A stretch of 64,000 bases of DNA from Phoronis australis (taxonomy: Eukaryota > Animalia > Phoronida), in assembly GCA_002633005.1 (NCBI GenBank), contig NMRA01000110.1, positions 687,995 to 751,994 of the forward strand. The letters run 5' to 3'. This document shows positions 1 through 11,900 of the stretch, piece after piece (position 1 is the first letter of the stretch; every line of letters starts with the position of its first letter). The position numbers and the translations under genes are program-made. The notes below the pieces were generated by a model. That model was not told where the DNA came from. It ran no database searches and saw nothing but the letters and a program-made list of their open reading frames with translations.

Positions 1-283
1 TGGTCAAAGTAAAAACTGAAATTCTAAACGGCATTCTATTTTCATACTTTTACTCTGACAGATAAAAACCTACGTTTTTACATAAATGACAAAATACCCG
101 CACTAATCATTAAGGTTGTGGCAATCCAAAGCCACAACCGCAGGAGAATAAGCTGACTTGAACAAATACAAAACCCCAAGACCAGCAAACCATAACAAGA
201 GGTTCTTATATAAATGTGCAGGTAGGCGTTGGCCTACCTGAATAGATGAGTCCAAACACAAGGACCAGGCAAAGAGGGGGAGA

Positions 284-445
284 GTAGTCTCACATAAAGG
301 TAACCCTAATCAATTCATAAAACTGACATACCAGTCTCCATGACTGCATGGAACACATCGCTGTAGTCTCACATAAAGGTAACCCTAATCAATTCATAAA
401 ACTGACATACCAGTCTCCATGACTGCATGGAACACATCGCTGTAC
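284..445. repeat. 79-bp tandem duplication spanning the exon 3 3' end and its donor site
   Basis: gtagtctcacataaaggtaacc...gaacacatcgctgta starts at 284 and again at 363. Confidence 0.95.
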
Positions 446-533
446 TGTTTAAGACGTTCCCACACATCAGGTCGGATCAAGCCCACCTTTCTGCCTCCCA
501 CAAAGAAAGGTGTACACACAGCTTGGCTAGACC
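411..533 (-). CDS. Nudix-like gene, exon 3 (start of DUF4743 domain)
   Basis: Acceptor ttgtgcag|GG, donor ACTG|gtatgt, 123 nt, phase 1-1, encodes PFFVGGRKVGLIRPDVW. Confidence 0.85.
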
Positions 534-2646
534 CTGCACAATGTGAACAATAGTTTAGATTTGAGAAAATACTCATTATACTGTGAAGCAGTTACAGTAC
601 TCAGATTTTAAACACTACAAGGAATGACTTCTGAACTTCCACAGCCTCAAAAGTGTTTTGACACTTGCAGACTGTTTCAGCGACTATTATCTAGAAGTAA
701 AACATGCATGAGAAGTCATTACATGTAGACATGTTATCAGCAATGATCTGAAACCTTGAGTTTACACGTTCATGCATAATAGATTGGAGCTTGCTTTTTC
801 AGCAGGTCAAAGCAATGAGTCGTGAGTATGACTCTACCAAATTATAATTTCCCCATCTTATGCACCCTCATACAATTTGCAAGTTGATTTATTCTAACAT
901 ATTCAATTTTATAACTGAATGTATATATCATGGATTGACCACAACCATTAAAAAGCAGCGCAGTGTGTTGATATGCAGCCACCTCCTTCACCATCACTAC
1001 TAGTGTCTAGTATTTTATATACAAAAGGGCACAAGGCTGGTGAACTTAAAATTTTCTTTTGGGGGTGCAAATCAAGTCAGCAATTCTTTCTTCAATAGCA
1101 AAACACATGCCACATGATTCTTCACATAGTTTGGACTTTTTAATAGAAAACTACTAGTCAAATTTCATGTTAATGCGAAAAAAAAAATTAAGGATGCAAA
1201 AGAAAATGACTAAAAATAAAATTGCCACTAGGAAGCACACCCGATGCCTATCTGCCAAATGTCATGAAAACCTATTAAGGAACTCGGAAGATATGGAGGC
1301 GAATGCAAATAAAACTAAAATTTCCACTAGGGGGCATGTTGGTAGTTGAAAAATAATACTTGGAGTCCATCAGTGACAGGAACACAGCTGAAAATTTTCA
1401 TGAACAGCATCCATCCAAGGATTTTGTACATACAGCAGCAGACGTCAGACACCAGACTGACACCGAATGGACAGAGATGGTGCTTTACCTGGTAGACTGA
1501 AGGAGTTGCACTTATTGTGTGCAAGGTGAAGTAATCTTTGTGAACGACTCGAAAGCTGCATCTTGTCAGAGTACGGGGGCATTCTGTCTACTGCCAGCTG
1601 ACAAGTAATTGTGCGTAGCTGTAGCTATAGACTGTGAGCAGGAGTTGGTTGGAGTGGTGTAACAGATGTTGTTCACAGCGACTGAAAGTGACAACTGAGC
1701 ACTACTACAGAGTTCACATGTTAAAGGTCAACAAATGTGAAACGTTATCATTTTTGGGGCAATGTGATGCTTCAAAAATAACCGTGAATGTTTTTTACAA
1801 TAAAATCAGATACAACCAACAGAAACACAAAATTATGTAGAAATAACATTTTAGTTCAGTTAGGCTAGGTTGGTTTGTAGCGATGAGCTAATGAACTCTA
1901 GCGAAAAATTCCACACCTCAGCGTGATGCTGCGTCCACTTTCAAAACAGAAAATTGGGCAAAAGTAAGATGTGTGCAAAATCAAAGACACCAGCGTGCTG
2001 ACAAGTCATGACAATGTAACTTGTAGAGCCTGGTCTCAAGCAATAACGGACTCCCATTTCTTTAAAAAACAAAAACCACCTGGTTTAATTACAGAAAAAA
2101 CTGAAGCCAATTTTATAACAGTAAGTGGTCTAAATCAATTGGCCAACACTTGAAGCTTGTACTGTCTGGAAAAGCATGCGGTTTGTACACTAATGGAAAT
2201 GATCATAATCATTAAGGGCCCCTGCACTCAAATATGGTAACCTTCACCTTGTCTAGCTCAACACAGATGACGTATTGCTTATTAGCTAGTTAGAAAACTG
2301 TGCATGACTGAACAGACTAACGCCCTAAGGGCAGTATTTTCAATTGAATTAATGAAAGAAGATCGCAGTGGTTTTTAATGGCACTAACAGTAACATGACT
2401 TTGTTTTATTAACTTTTTACCGAGACTGTTCCAAAGACAAGTTGTACCTGAACTCCCTTCCCCACGGGCCATGCACCAGCGAATCATTCAAAAATGTTGA
2501 CTGTGGCTGTTTGGGAGCGGAATGTTACTGATTTGGCTGACTACTGGGTGATTTTCCACTCAACAAAAACTTACCACTTTCAGTAAAATTGAACATATGA
2601 GGCTCACAACACGATACGATCTTGGTTCAACTTTTGCGGAAGCCAT
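411..2646 (-). CDS. Nudix hydrolase of the DUF4743 / yeast YJR142W / plant NUDT20-24 type; 5' part only, continues beyond the left edge
   Basis: Exons 2646-2575, 1597-1489 and 533-411 join with GT-AG introns in matching phases (0, 1) to give MASAKVEPRSYRVVSLICSILLKV|LAVDRMPPYSDKMQLSSRSQRLLHLAHNKCNSFSLPG|SSQAVCTPFFVGGRKVGLIRPDVWERLKQYSDVFHAVMET. The 'CNsF...PF.V.G..VG.IRP.V...L..Y.DVF' pattern matches the DUF4743 N-terminal domain as I recall it. The Nudix box itself is outside the window. Confidence 0.8.
1489..1597 (-). CDS. Nudix-like gene, exon 2
   Basis: Acceptor ttgtcag|CTG, donor CCAG|gtaaag, 109 nt, encodes ...HNKCNSFSLP(G). Confidence 0.75.
2575..2646 (-). CDS. Nudix-like gene, candidate coding exon 1 (may be partly 5'UTR)
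   Basis: ATG at 2646, 24 codons, donor GTG|gtaagt, phase 0 and in frame with the next exon. Confidence 0.5.
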
Positions 2647-3217
2647 GTCCTGTGGAGGCTGCCATCTTGAAATTAGAACAGCAGCATACAGATTCTGAGA
2701 GTGTGATTGGCTGAAATATTTTACATGTACCGCTAGCGCTACCTGGTAGGATATCATGCGATCAATGGCAACAACAGCAGTACGAACAATTCTTTCTTTC
2801 ACAAAGATATCGAAGCAGTGTGTCGAAATATTGCCTCGTATCCAGTCTCCATTATCATTAGACTTCGATGAACAACTCGAAACAAGGCTATTTTGTTGTA
2901 ACCGCTATACACTGTCATGGGCGGCGCACCAAATCGAGCTTAGTAGGCCTACTGGCAAAAATATTTCCCGGGCTGGCACTTAGGGCCTTGAGGCATAAAA
3001 ACTGCCGAAAGTTTGATTTAGATCGAATCATTGAGTAAAATACGCTCAGTGTCACTATACTGAAACTAGTGGTCTTAAATTGAAAAAATCGCCAGGGAAA
3101 CGAAATTAGCTACTAAAAACCACAAAAAATATTACACGCGGGTTACCCTCCTCCGGCAGGAGGGTAAGTACCCTCTCCCGACCTTCCTTCCCCTCGGCGC
3201 TACGCACCTCGGATTCA

Positions 3218-3472
3218 NNNNNNNNNNNNNNNNNNNNNNNNNNNNNNNNNNNNNNNNNNNNNNNNNNNNNNNNNNNNNNNNNNNNNNNNNNNNNNNNNNN
3301 NNNNNNNNNNNNNNNNNNNNNNNNNNNNNNNNNNNNNNNNNNNNNNNNNNNNNNNNNNNNNNNNNNNNNNNNNNNNNNNNNNNNNNNNNNNNNNNNNNNN
3401 NNNNNNNNNNNNNNNNNNNNNNNNNNNNNNNNNNNNNNNNNNNNNNNNNNNNNNNNNNNNNNNNNNNNNNNN
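3218..3472. other. Assembly gap (N run) inside a GC-rich repeat
   Basis: Run of N. The left flank 3170-3217 is the reverse-complement homolog of 63959-64000. Confidence 0.98.
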
Positions 3473-3567
3473 CCTCCGCCACCCCCCAGCGCCCTCGCCC
3501 CCATGCTCACCTCTCGATGCCACCATATTTGTACTGAATCTCGCACGTCCGCCCTAGGTGGGAGGCA

Positions 3568-3723
3568 CAGTGGCGGATTTACAGGGGTGGAAAAGGGGCC
3601 ATGCCCCGGCCCTAAAATTCTTCAAGATTCCATTTGGCAGTTTGGGGGTACGAATTTCGGGCTAAGACCCTGGCTAATACTCTGCCCTGGCTGCCTCCCA
3701 ACTCAAAATCAGATCTGCCCCTG
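3568..3723. mobile_element. Short GC-rich MITE with CAG(G/T)GGCGGAT...ATC(C/T)GCCCCTG termini
   Basis: Termini cagtggcggatt / agatctgcccctg. Internal 'ttccatttggcagtt..ggggg..cgaa...ctggctaatactctgccct' is shared with 44710-44809 and, reversed, with 18040-18204. Confidence 0.7.
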
Positions 3724-6700
3724 TTACAATCCCGGGGATGAAACCATCAAGAGTTGAGTAACCGTGAACCAACACGGAGAGTAATGAGCCTAGGACCAGT
3801 AACTCTGACCGGTGGTGAGGAGATGGCTCAAGGAGCTATAGCTGAGATTTAACAGTGTGAAAATACGAAATTTCCGATGAACTCAAAGCTAGTTGCTGGT
3901 CAGTTCAGCTGTGATTCACTTGAGACAGACAGCTCCTACCGGTCGTCTGCGCCCGTTCTAAGGTCAAGATTCATTTGTTGTGATCCAGTTAACTTTATTT
4001 TATTATGTTCATCCTTTGAAGGAGTTTTTTTGAAAAGGTGAAGTCCTGAAGTCCCTGGTATAGTGCCTTTGGAGTTAATTGTTTCAAAATGCCTAGTTGA
4101 AACACAACCGGTTGTCCAGTTTCTGGTGGCGGGGGAAAAGAATAGTGTGGCCCAAAAATGTACACACTTCCTGAACGCCTGGAGTTCACATTCAATTCCC
4201 GTGGATCACTGAGATCTGCGCGGGCCTACTGCATGGTTACATCTTATTTTTCACGTGGGTACGTCAGTCATGAAGTGCACACGAATCAGGACAAGCAATC
4301 AATTCAGCTTTGAATAACAAAAATTCATTGCTCAATACTAGTGCTAACTAACAAGGAAGTGCAAGAAAGACAACCTTTCCAAGCAATGAGTTTATTTTAT
4401 GCATTTAAGAATTTTTAAAACTTTTTTTTTATCTATGGTTTGTGAGTACGAATTTCATCAATGTCTTTGAGAGTTATTTTAGATATGCAAAAATTGTCTA
4501 GGCCTATAAGTGTACTTTACTATTTGGGGATCGGATTATAGAGTTTTTCCAACCTTAGGCTGCAATTAAATTCACTGACGCATCGTCAATTCTTACAAGA
4601 TTAGCTTCTAATTGTCAAAAATCATCCATAAATCTATCGATTTTCTTAGATACATGAACAAGTAAATCAGAGACCAACGAATTTGTTTATCAAAACGGAA
4701 TGTTGTAAGCAATTTCAGGGGGAATATGGGAGATGCCGGGGGCATTCGTCGGTATTAAGGTGTATTTTGATAATTTCAGAGGCACTTATAACGGTTCACG
4801 AGGTAAACTTGAACTCCACTGACAGAAAAACCGCTGAAATCTTTGTTGATGATTGCTAGAGTTCTTTGAGTACCCTCTTTGAACATGTTCACGGTCAGCA
4901 CAAATAGTAGGCTAGACAGCAGCATTTTCCACACGCGGGAACTCCTTACAAAAATCTCATAGTAACCAGAGATACCATCATTCTTGTGATACTATGGGAA
5001 ATAGTTACATTATTTTATAAATAACCATCAGAAATAGTCCTTTTGTGTAATTCACAAATAGTGGTCTTCACGTTCTTCAAAATTCCACTTTTTCGATGGC
5101 GGCAATCCTATTTTTTCACATTTTTGGTTGTTTGGGCCGAATGGCTGTGCTGCGCTCGACTGTTTTGTGTTTTTTGGTTAATTTGGAATCTCACTTTCCA
5201 CGGTGAATACTTGGCAGTGTCGGATTTACATGCAAAGAGAGACATTTCCCCCGAACTGCTCCACCGAGAGAGGGTACCGTCTGAAATGGGACATTAAAGG
5301 AGTGACCTCCTTCAACATGAAAGCCGGTTGCACGATTACACAAAAAATGGAAAATAGAGGTAATCGATTCCAACATTGGGCCCTCTCTCCGTGAGTGGCC
5401 CCTTAGGAATTTGTCAATAAAAACACAAAAGGGTGACCATTTGAATGTCATCAATGGCGTCCTTCAAGTGAGGGCGGAGCGTCTAAATATTTAAATATCT
5501 ATATTTTCAAATATCGAGAAATGCGCAGAAATTGATGTTATCTGTCAGGTCATCAATTTTTTCACAATATACCTCTTCGAGAAAAAATAAGCGAAAGTTG
5601 TCCCCGTTATCCCTTGCTAGAGAGGGGCATCTGGAAAAATATAGTTTTGTATTCGCGAAACGGACTTCTTGTAAAAATCCAGGTAGTTCGCTTTACAAGT
5701 TTTCTCGATTTTTCGAAATATATGTGTGATTGACTTCGTGCACGTTTTCAAGTGCGTTTAGACGACAGGCAAAAGCGGAGACCCTAAATACAATGTCCTG
5801 GCCAAGGTCCTCAAGCGGTAAACCATACACTGATGCAGAGTTGTTAAATGTTTTCTTGATTTTTCTCTCTTATCCGGATTTCGCAGTCTTTCTTTTCTGG
5901 ACTGTCCCCGGCCCCACGCCTATGTCGGTTGCCACGGTTTAACCCTGGCGCCTGAAAATTTGTGGGGCAGCCCCCCCCCTCGCTCCCCCCCGCTTCCTAC
6001 GGGCCCTGCAACATAGCTGATATCTGGAGAACAACATTCTTTCTTTCACGCCTACCATACAGAGCAGCCTCGGACTGGATGCAGGCCCGGTATGTATGGT
6101 CACACTAGCAACTGTTCTCGCTCCAGTCCATATTCCAAACATGAAGGTCTACTGGAGAACAATCATCTAATTGGACACAATTCTAATGATTGCTATGCAG
6201 TTTTCAAGTAGATCAAAATACTTAAGTTTTCCACCGTGACCAACGATTTACACTCGATATTTCATCAAGTGGTCGACTCGGGCGCTTTTCAGACTAACCT
6301 GGCGTGCCCAAGTCCTGACACAATAATGATGTAGCGTGCTTGTGGACAAATAATACGTAAATGCTGGTCGGTGGCACAGTTTTAGTTTATATTTGATGCT
6401 GGTTCTAATAATTAAAAATGACACACGCCGAGTGCATTAACGACGATAAACCAGGCTGCTAGTTATGCAGACCTACGCTAATTCAAAGAAAACACTGGCT
6501 AGAAGTTGAGAAGAGTCGTGCATTCACAGAGATTAATACTCAGTTTTCAAATATCACATGCGATAACGACTGGGACCAGAGTGGGCGATTACTTCAGGCG
6601 TTCATGCACTAGGCCCATAGCATGTATACACATTCATTCATTTCCGACTCCTTGATATTTATTTGCTTAATTGAAGGGGTTTATTTATTGAACGGTACTA

Positions 6701-8664
6701 CAATGAGTATCACTTGATGAGCCTCTTATGATAGGCAATAATATCAATCAATCAACACATTTTGGTACAATAAATCTGTTTTAATCGCATCTTTTAGCAA
6801 AACATATACTACAAAATGAACATACACATGCAGTTCACAACGACTCATGATTTTATTCCAATCAACACACAAGTAAATCAACAATAAACAACAGTGTATA
6901 ATGTAAAGCAACATACACTTGGCACTAGCAGCAAACAAATCACTGCAATATGTTCAGCCCTCAGTGCTTCCACCATACGGCAAACACTGTCATCACAAGT
7001 ATGTCCAGCCAATCATGTTTCTCCTTTTCTGCTGGCCCCACTCATTCACTGCCCATCTACACAAGTTAAACAGTGTTTTAGAATGCATAGATTTTGTAAG
7101 TGGTTAGATTGATAATTTTAAATCATTTTCAAAACACTGACAAGTGTCCCAAGTTTCAAAAAAATCTTCACTCTTGCCAGGTCTACCTCCATGGTGCCAA
7201 AAGACACAATGATGGCCTGTTAGACTAAGATGACCTACCAAAACTAACCTTTAGTGACCAGGGCCTACCAGGTGAACCATGGAGACACTTGCCTCACCTA
7301 CCAGATATGCCACAGCAAATACAAATATAAAATATATAGTAAGAAACAAAAAGCCTTTCTGTACATAAACAACTACCGGGGTAAATAAATCAATTTAAAA
7401 TAAAAGTTCAAAATAAAAAATAAATTATTTAATATGATGTTTAATACGTAACCAACTGTAATTTCACGATACTTGAAAGTTATGTAAAACCTTATTGACA
7501 AATCTGTGCACCTACTGTAGCCAAATACATACAAAACAGTGCATTAAGCCAAATACATACAAAACTGTACATTTTGAACTCAGTCATAAGCGCATACTTC
7601 TGGAATAAGAACGCCGAAAGAATTTGATTTTTACTTTCTATCAGTCTCCCAAATTGGGTCACGACCATGTTTTTTGGAAACATTAAGCAAAAAATAAAGG
7701 TACTGGCATTGATAATAAAACAATATCAACAAAACGGTCCAAAGATTATTTGATTTGTTCAAGATGAGATGTCAAAAATTCTGCAACAGTTCAGTATGTC
7801 AGTAAATGTAATTTTGTTTTTGGCGTGATCCAACTTGAGTTTTTGAGAAAACAAAATTCCTATCCATAGCCTCTCATACATAAGTGGAGAAATTCTCATA
7901 AAATTTTTGGAGAAAAGTGCATAAACCATAGTATCTGAAAATTTCATCAACCCAAGAATTCCCAGAACTAATGTTCCGAAGTTAGATAAATTTGGAAATT
8001 TTGCTAGGGTCCCAAATTGTAGGTAGTACTTTAACACATGTATCACTTACAAGGTAATCAGCACACATGTAAGATTAATATTGACAATCTGCAACACACA
8101 TTGATCATTATTAGATTCTCAATTTACAAAGCCATCTACACTCACAGCAAAAAATGAGCCTTTCAGTCAGTGATGCAGCCATAAAACTAATAGTGAGAGA
8201 TCCTGGACATCAAAAAACCAACAATACCATGAAGGAATTTTGAATTTATACTGGACTTATTTGAGAATCATAATGAGTAATGTTTTTGTCAGCCACTGGC
8301 TGATCAACTGAAGCCAGTGCGACATCTATTGGAGGTTACTGGGAATGAGACACATGGCACAACCAATTATTCTCAACGGTAAATCCAGAATAGATTCATA
8401 ATTTTCTCCGTATTCTTCATTACAGGATGACTAATAAATAATTTCCTCAGCACAGCCTCAATACTGTTATTAAGGACTGTAACAAGACATGCTGTTTTCG
8501 AAAAAGTAAAAAATAACATAAAACTTGTTAAAAATTCAAACAAAAAAAATTGTAAAAAGAAGAGCATTCCTAAAATTAAAGTGAATCGATACTTGAACTC
8601 CCTGAACAACCCCCCCCTCGACTATACCAGTGGCTGTTTCCAATCTACGACCCACGCTGTGACG

Positions 8665-9178
8665 CTATAATTGGACTAAGGTCTTTTCCAGATTGGTGTC
8701 AAAACACAGTTGGTGAATACGATCACAGATGGGATCCGCTGCCTTCAACAGCTCCCCCAAAATGTGGCTGGCCTCACTCTGGTTTCTGGCTACCTTGGTT
8801 AGTAACTGACCACGAGATGGCGCTGCCATAAGGCACACCTTACATAATGCCCGCATGGGATTGGAGTGATATGAAGCTACAGTTCTCTGATAGCTGTCAA
8901 TCAAACTCTCCCCACGTTCACATTGTTCAGCCCCAACGAGCATTTGGAGAAGTTTGGTGATGAATTTGAAATGTTCATGAACAAGAAGCAATGCTTTACA
9001 CCCTGATAGCGGAGACTTTGACCTGGCTTGACCTGTACTGAGTTCATACTCAATAATGGTCTGAAAAGTCTCGTAGAAGTTGCGTGGTCCGGCCACGCGT
9101 CTGATCTCCAGGGCTTTGATACCCGTCTTCATCCTTCTCAAGGTGACCTTTAACCCCTTACTCAGCTGAGAGACATAC
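8665..9178 (-). CDS. CPTP: CPTP-like gene, terminal coding exon
   Basis: Acceptor aattctag|G, open for 514 nt to TAG at 8665; contains the GLTP-domain motifs SGC and YH. Confidence 0.88.
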
Positions 9179-11099
9179 CTAGAATTTTTACAAGTTTTAA
9201 GTAAAGAAAATGTTCAACTTAGGAATGCAAGATATCTGATAGGAACTCTAACGACTGTAAAATTGTTCACCTGAACATTCAAGTTACAAAAAGTTCAAAT
9301 TTTTACAAGAAAAGGTCTTACATTGTTACCTTGGTAACACAAATAATTGCTAGGCCTGCACGTTTTTCCTACTTCATAAGCCTCGCATACATTTTTCTGA
9401 ATGGCCACAATTTTTCAAAGAGTTGTCAAATGGGATAGTTTGAAAAAAATTGGTAAAGCATTACTTTGTACCTACTAGTTATTTTTAATGAAAAAAATGA
9501 GAACAAAATTTCACTAATACATAATTTTGTACCTCAAATTAGTAAGATTTAAGCATATGTAATAAATTCCGAGATTAATCAACAACCATCTATATATTTA
9601 TAGCAGCAAAAAGGCGTTCTGTAACAATCAACGCTTGACATCTGTTACCATTATCATGTTCGCAGTCTACTTGCTGATCCATGATGACCGGCTGGTGAGA
9701 GTGAAGGTGTAATTATTACAGTAGACCTAAGGCCTGCCAGGTGCTATGTGAGCTACACTCAACTGAAACAGCGACACACAGATAGATTTAGTACATGACT
9801 GTTAAAAACTCTCACTAGGTGGCATGAGCTGTCACCACAAACTCAGTACATGACTGTTAGAAACTCTCCCTAGGTGGTATGAGCTGTAACCACAATATCA
9901 CTGCAGCAAAGCTGATTTACACTTTAAGTTATGTTTTAGAGTAGAGCCCTTTGTTTTGTATATTTGATATCACATTCCTACAATAATTGCGCACAATAAT
10001 AGCATTAGATGAATGAAGTCCTGTTTCAAAAGTAAGATTGGTTCACTGCAACTGATTTTTTTTTTTAATCTGAAGTTTTCCATTTTAGCTTAACCCAATT
10101 AGTGTTATGTGGGACTTTGAATGTATACTTCGAATATGTATGATTTTTCAAACCAGTTCAAATAGTGATGTCATAATAGCTTGCATTTCTGTTACAACAG
10201 ATAAACCTGTACAACTCAATACACCAGTGAGACCAGTGGACACAAGAAAATAACATCAGCACATCATGCTTTTTATGCTACAACACAACTTTGTGATACA
10301 GCAAATATCACGATGGACAGCTTGCTTCTAAAGACATTATTTAATACTTCAAGCAAAACGAGTTAAAATTCTCAAAAACACTAGGTTCACATGAGAGGCG
10401 AAAAACATGAGCAGTTTTTCAGAGGCCAAAACATCAGCCATGAATACACGTTAATATCACCAGCAGTTAGTTGTTGAGTCACTGCAAATGTCTACATCTC
10501 ATGTGCACGTATGTCACTTGAAGTAAGCAGGCTGGCAGTAATGGTCGGATATCATGTTCCTGCATTTTGAGAACCACTTTTCTCCACTAAATAGTGGGCA
10601 TCAAACTGTTTATCAAAATATGAGCATGTTATATCTGACTACTGCCCAGCCTGGCTACAAAAGTGCTACAAAAACACCAGAAGTTTTGATCACTCAACCC
10701 TAAAAGCATTAAGTAGCAGCAAAAGCGACACTTTAACTGTTTACATTACTGGTGTTTTTGCTACTGGTGAAGGTGTTGACAAAATGCTAGCACTTAAGTA
10801 GTGTTAACACAGATGAGAACATCTCTGGCCAAAACACTTCACTGAAAGTTTTACCACTGCATTTCTGGCATGTCCATAAATAGCACATTGCACTCTTCTT
10901 GCACAAAAACCATGTGTTCACACACCTCTTGGTATTAATCATTGACCACAACAGACAACACATACCCCAGCAGTTGGTTACAAGCACACAAATACTGGTC
11001 GACCAAGAAAGTGCCATTAGGTCTCCTACACATCTGTAGTGACTCCAGGGCCAGTTTCAAGTCTGGAGTTTCCTTTGAATGTTGTCCAGAGTCCTTCAT
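8665..11099 (-). CDS. CPTP: GLTP-fold protein, ceramide-1-phosphate transfer protein (CPTP/GLTPD1)-like, divergent, 215 aa
   Basis: Exons 11099-10966 and 9178-8665 with a phase-2 intron (GG|gtatgt...ctag|G). The product aligns end to end with human CPTP (214 aa) as I recall it: DLKLALESLQMC~NLKVVLVSFKQC, LVDQY~LLDPY, YETFQTIIEYEL~YRSLQAMVAHEL, SGCKALLLVH~SGCRTVLRLH, DSYQRTVASYH~DSYNASLAAYH, HILGELL~QMLGEAL. Orthology to CPTP is not established. Confidence 0.85.
9790..9895. repeat. 55-bp tandem duplication (intronic)
   Basis: agtacatgactgtta(a/g)aaactctc(a/c)ctaggtgg(c/t)atgagctgt.accacaa at 9790 and 9845. Confidence 0.9.
10966..11099 (-). CDS. CPTP: CPTP-like gene, coding exon 1
   Basis: ctcaaaATGaag start; MKDSGQHSKETPDLKLALESLQMCRRPNGTFLVDQYLCACNQLL; donor GG|gtatgt; upstream acceptor at 11114. 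Confidence 0.82.
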
Positions 11100-11580
11100 T
11101 TTGAGCACGGGTACTGCAAAATAAAATTTAGTCACAAACAGGTGTGCAAGATAAAAATAAAAACCTTGGGCACTTACAGTAGATTTGTTCTGAGCTTGTA
11201 CATGTCATTAGTACTGGCTGATCGATCAAACCTGCACTAGCCAGACCAGACAAACTGATAAAGTGAGGAACATTAAAACTCGGCACCCAACCCAAAAAGC
11301 TGGTCGATCTGAAATTCCAGTGATACATAACTTATTACTGTTAGTGTGTAAGTGTAAAGCTTCGACTGCAACAGTTTGAGATTCAAGGTTGGTTTTTAAC
11401 GATTGTTTACTACAATGCACACTTTAAAGCCACAGGCATCTTTAATCATCCATTCTTCATGACACTATAATAAATAAATAAGTAAATATTACAGTATAAC
11501 GGGGGGGAGTGGATGGAGTTAGAGCATGTTTCACTGTATAACATTATAGGATATTGACCGTAGCCGTAGGCCTAGCCTTG

Positions 11581-11900
11581 GTACAAAGCTGTATATAAAT
11601 ATACAGCTTTGCACTGATGTGGGTAAAAAAGCGGCAAGATAAAATTTGACACGAAAATAGTGTCATTAAAAACTACAGTCTTTCTTGAGTAAACTAAATT
11701 ATTTAACGGTGTTGGAAAAAATGGCGTTCTACTATTAATCTGCTGCTAAAGTTTTGGAGCGATCTTTAGCGATGGCTTTCGGCGCCATGAAATATTGTGA
11801 CACCTATTGGTCAGTTTCTTTTTTCGCCGATTCTTCAATCAACTGCTGTTCTTTCATGACGTTGCGTACACGTCACAACAAATTATCGAAATTGGTTTCA
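11581..11900. mobile_element. Dispersed repeat with a hairpin end; relatives at 29234-29782 and 30470-30600
   Basis: Hairpin caaagctgtata-taaa-tatacagctttg at 11584-11611, then tgcac..atgtgggtaaaa and ttgagtaaactaaatta, all shared with 29260-29400. Segment 11770-11890 is the reverse complement of 30475-30595. Confidence 0.7.

Noticed and set aside
6711-6745. Hammerhead-ribozyme-like string ttgatga-gcct-loop-aggc-aata
   Set aside because: The catalytic core deviates (no CUGA, AATA instead of GAAA) and I cannot build stems I and III. At best a dead relic.
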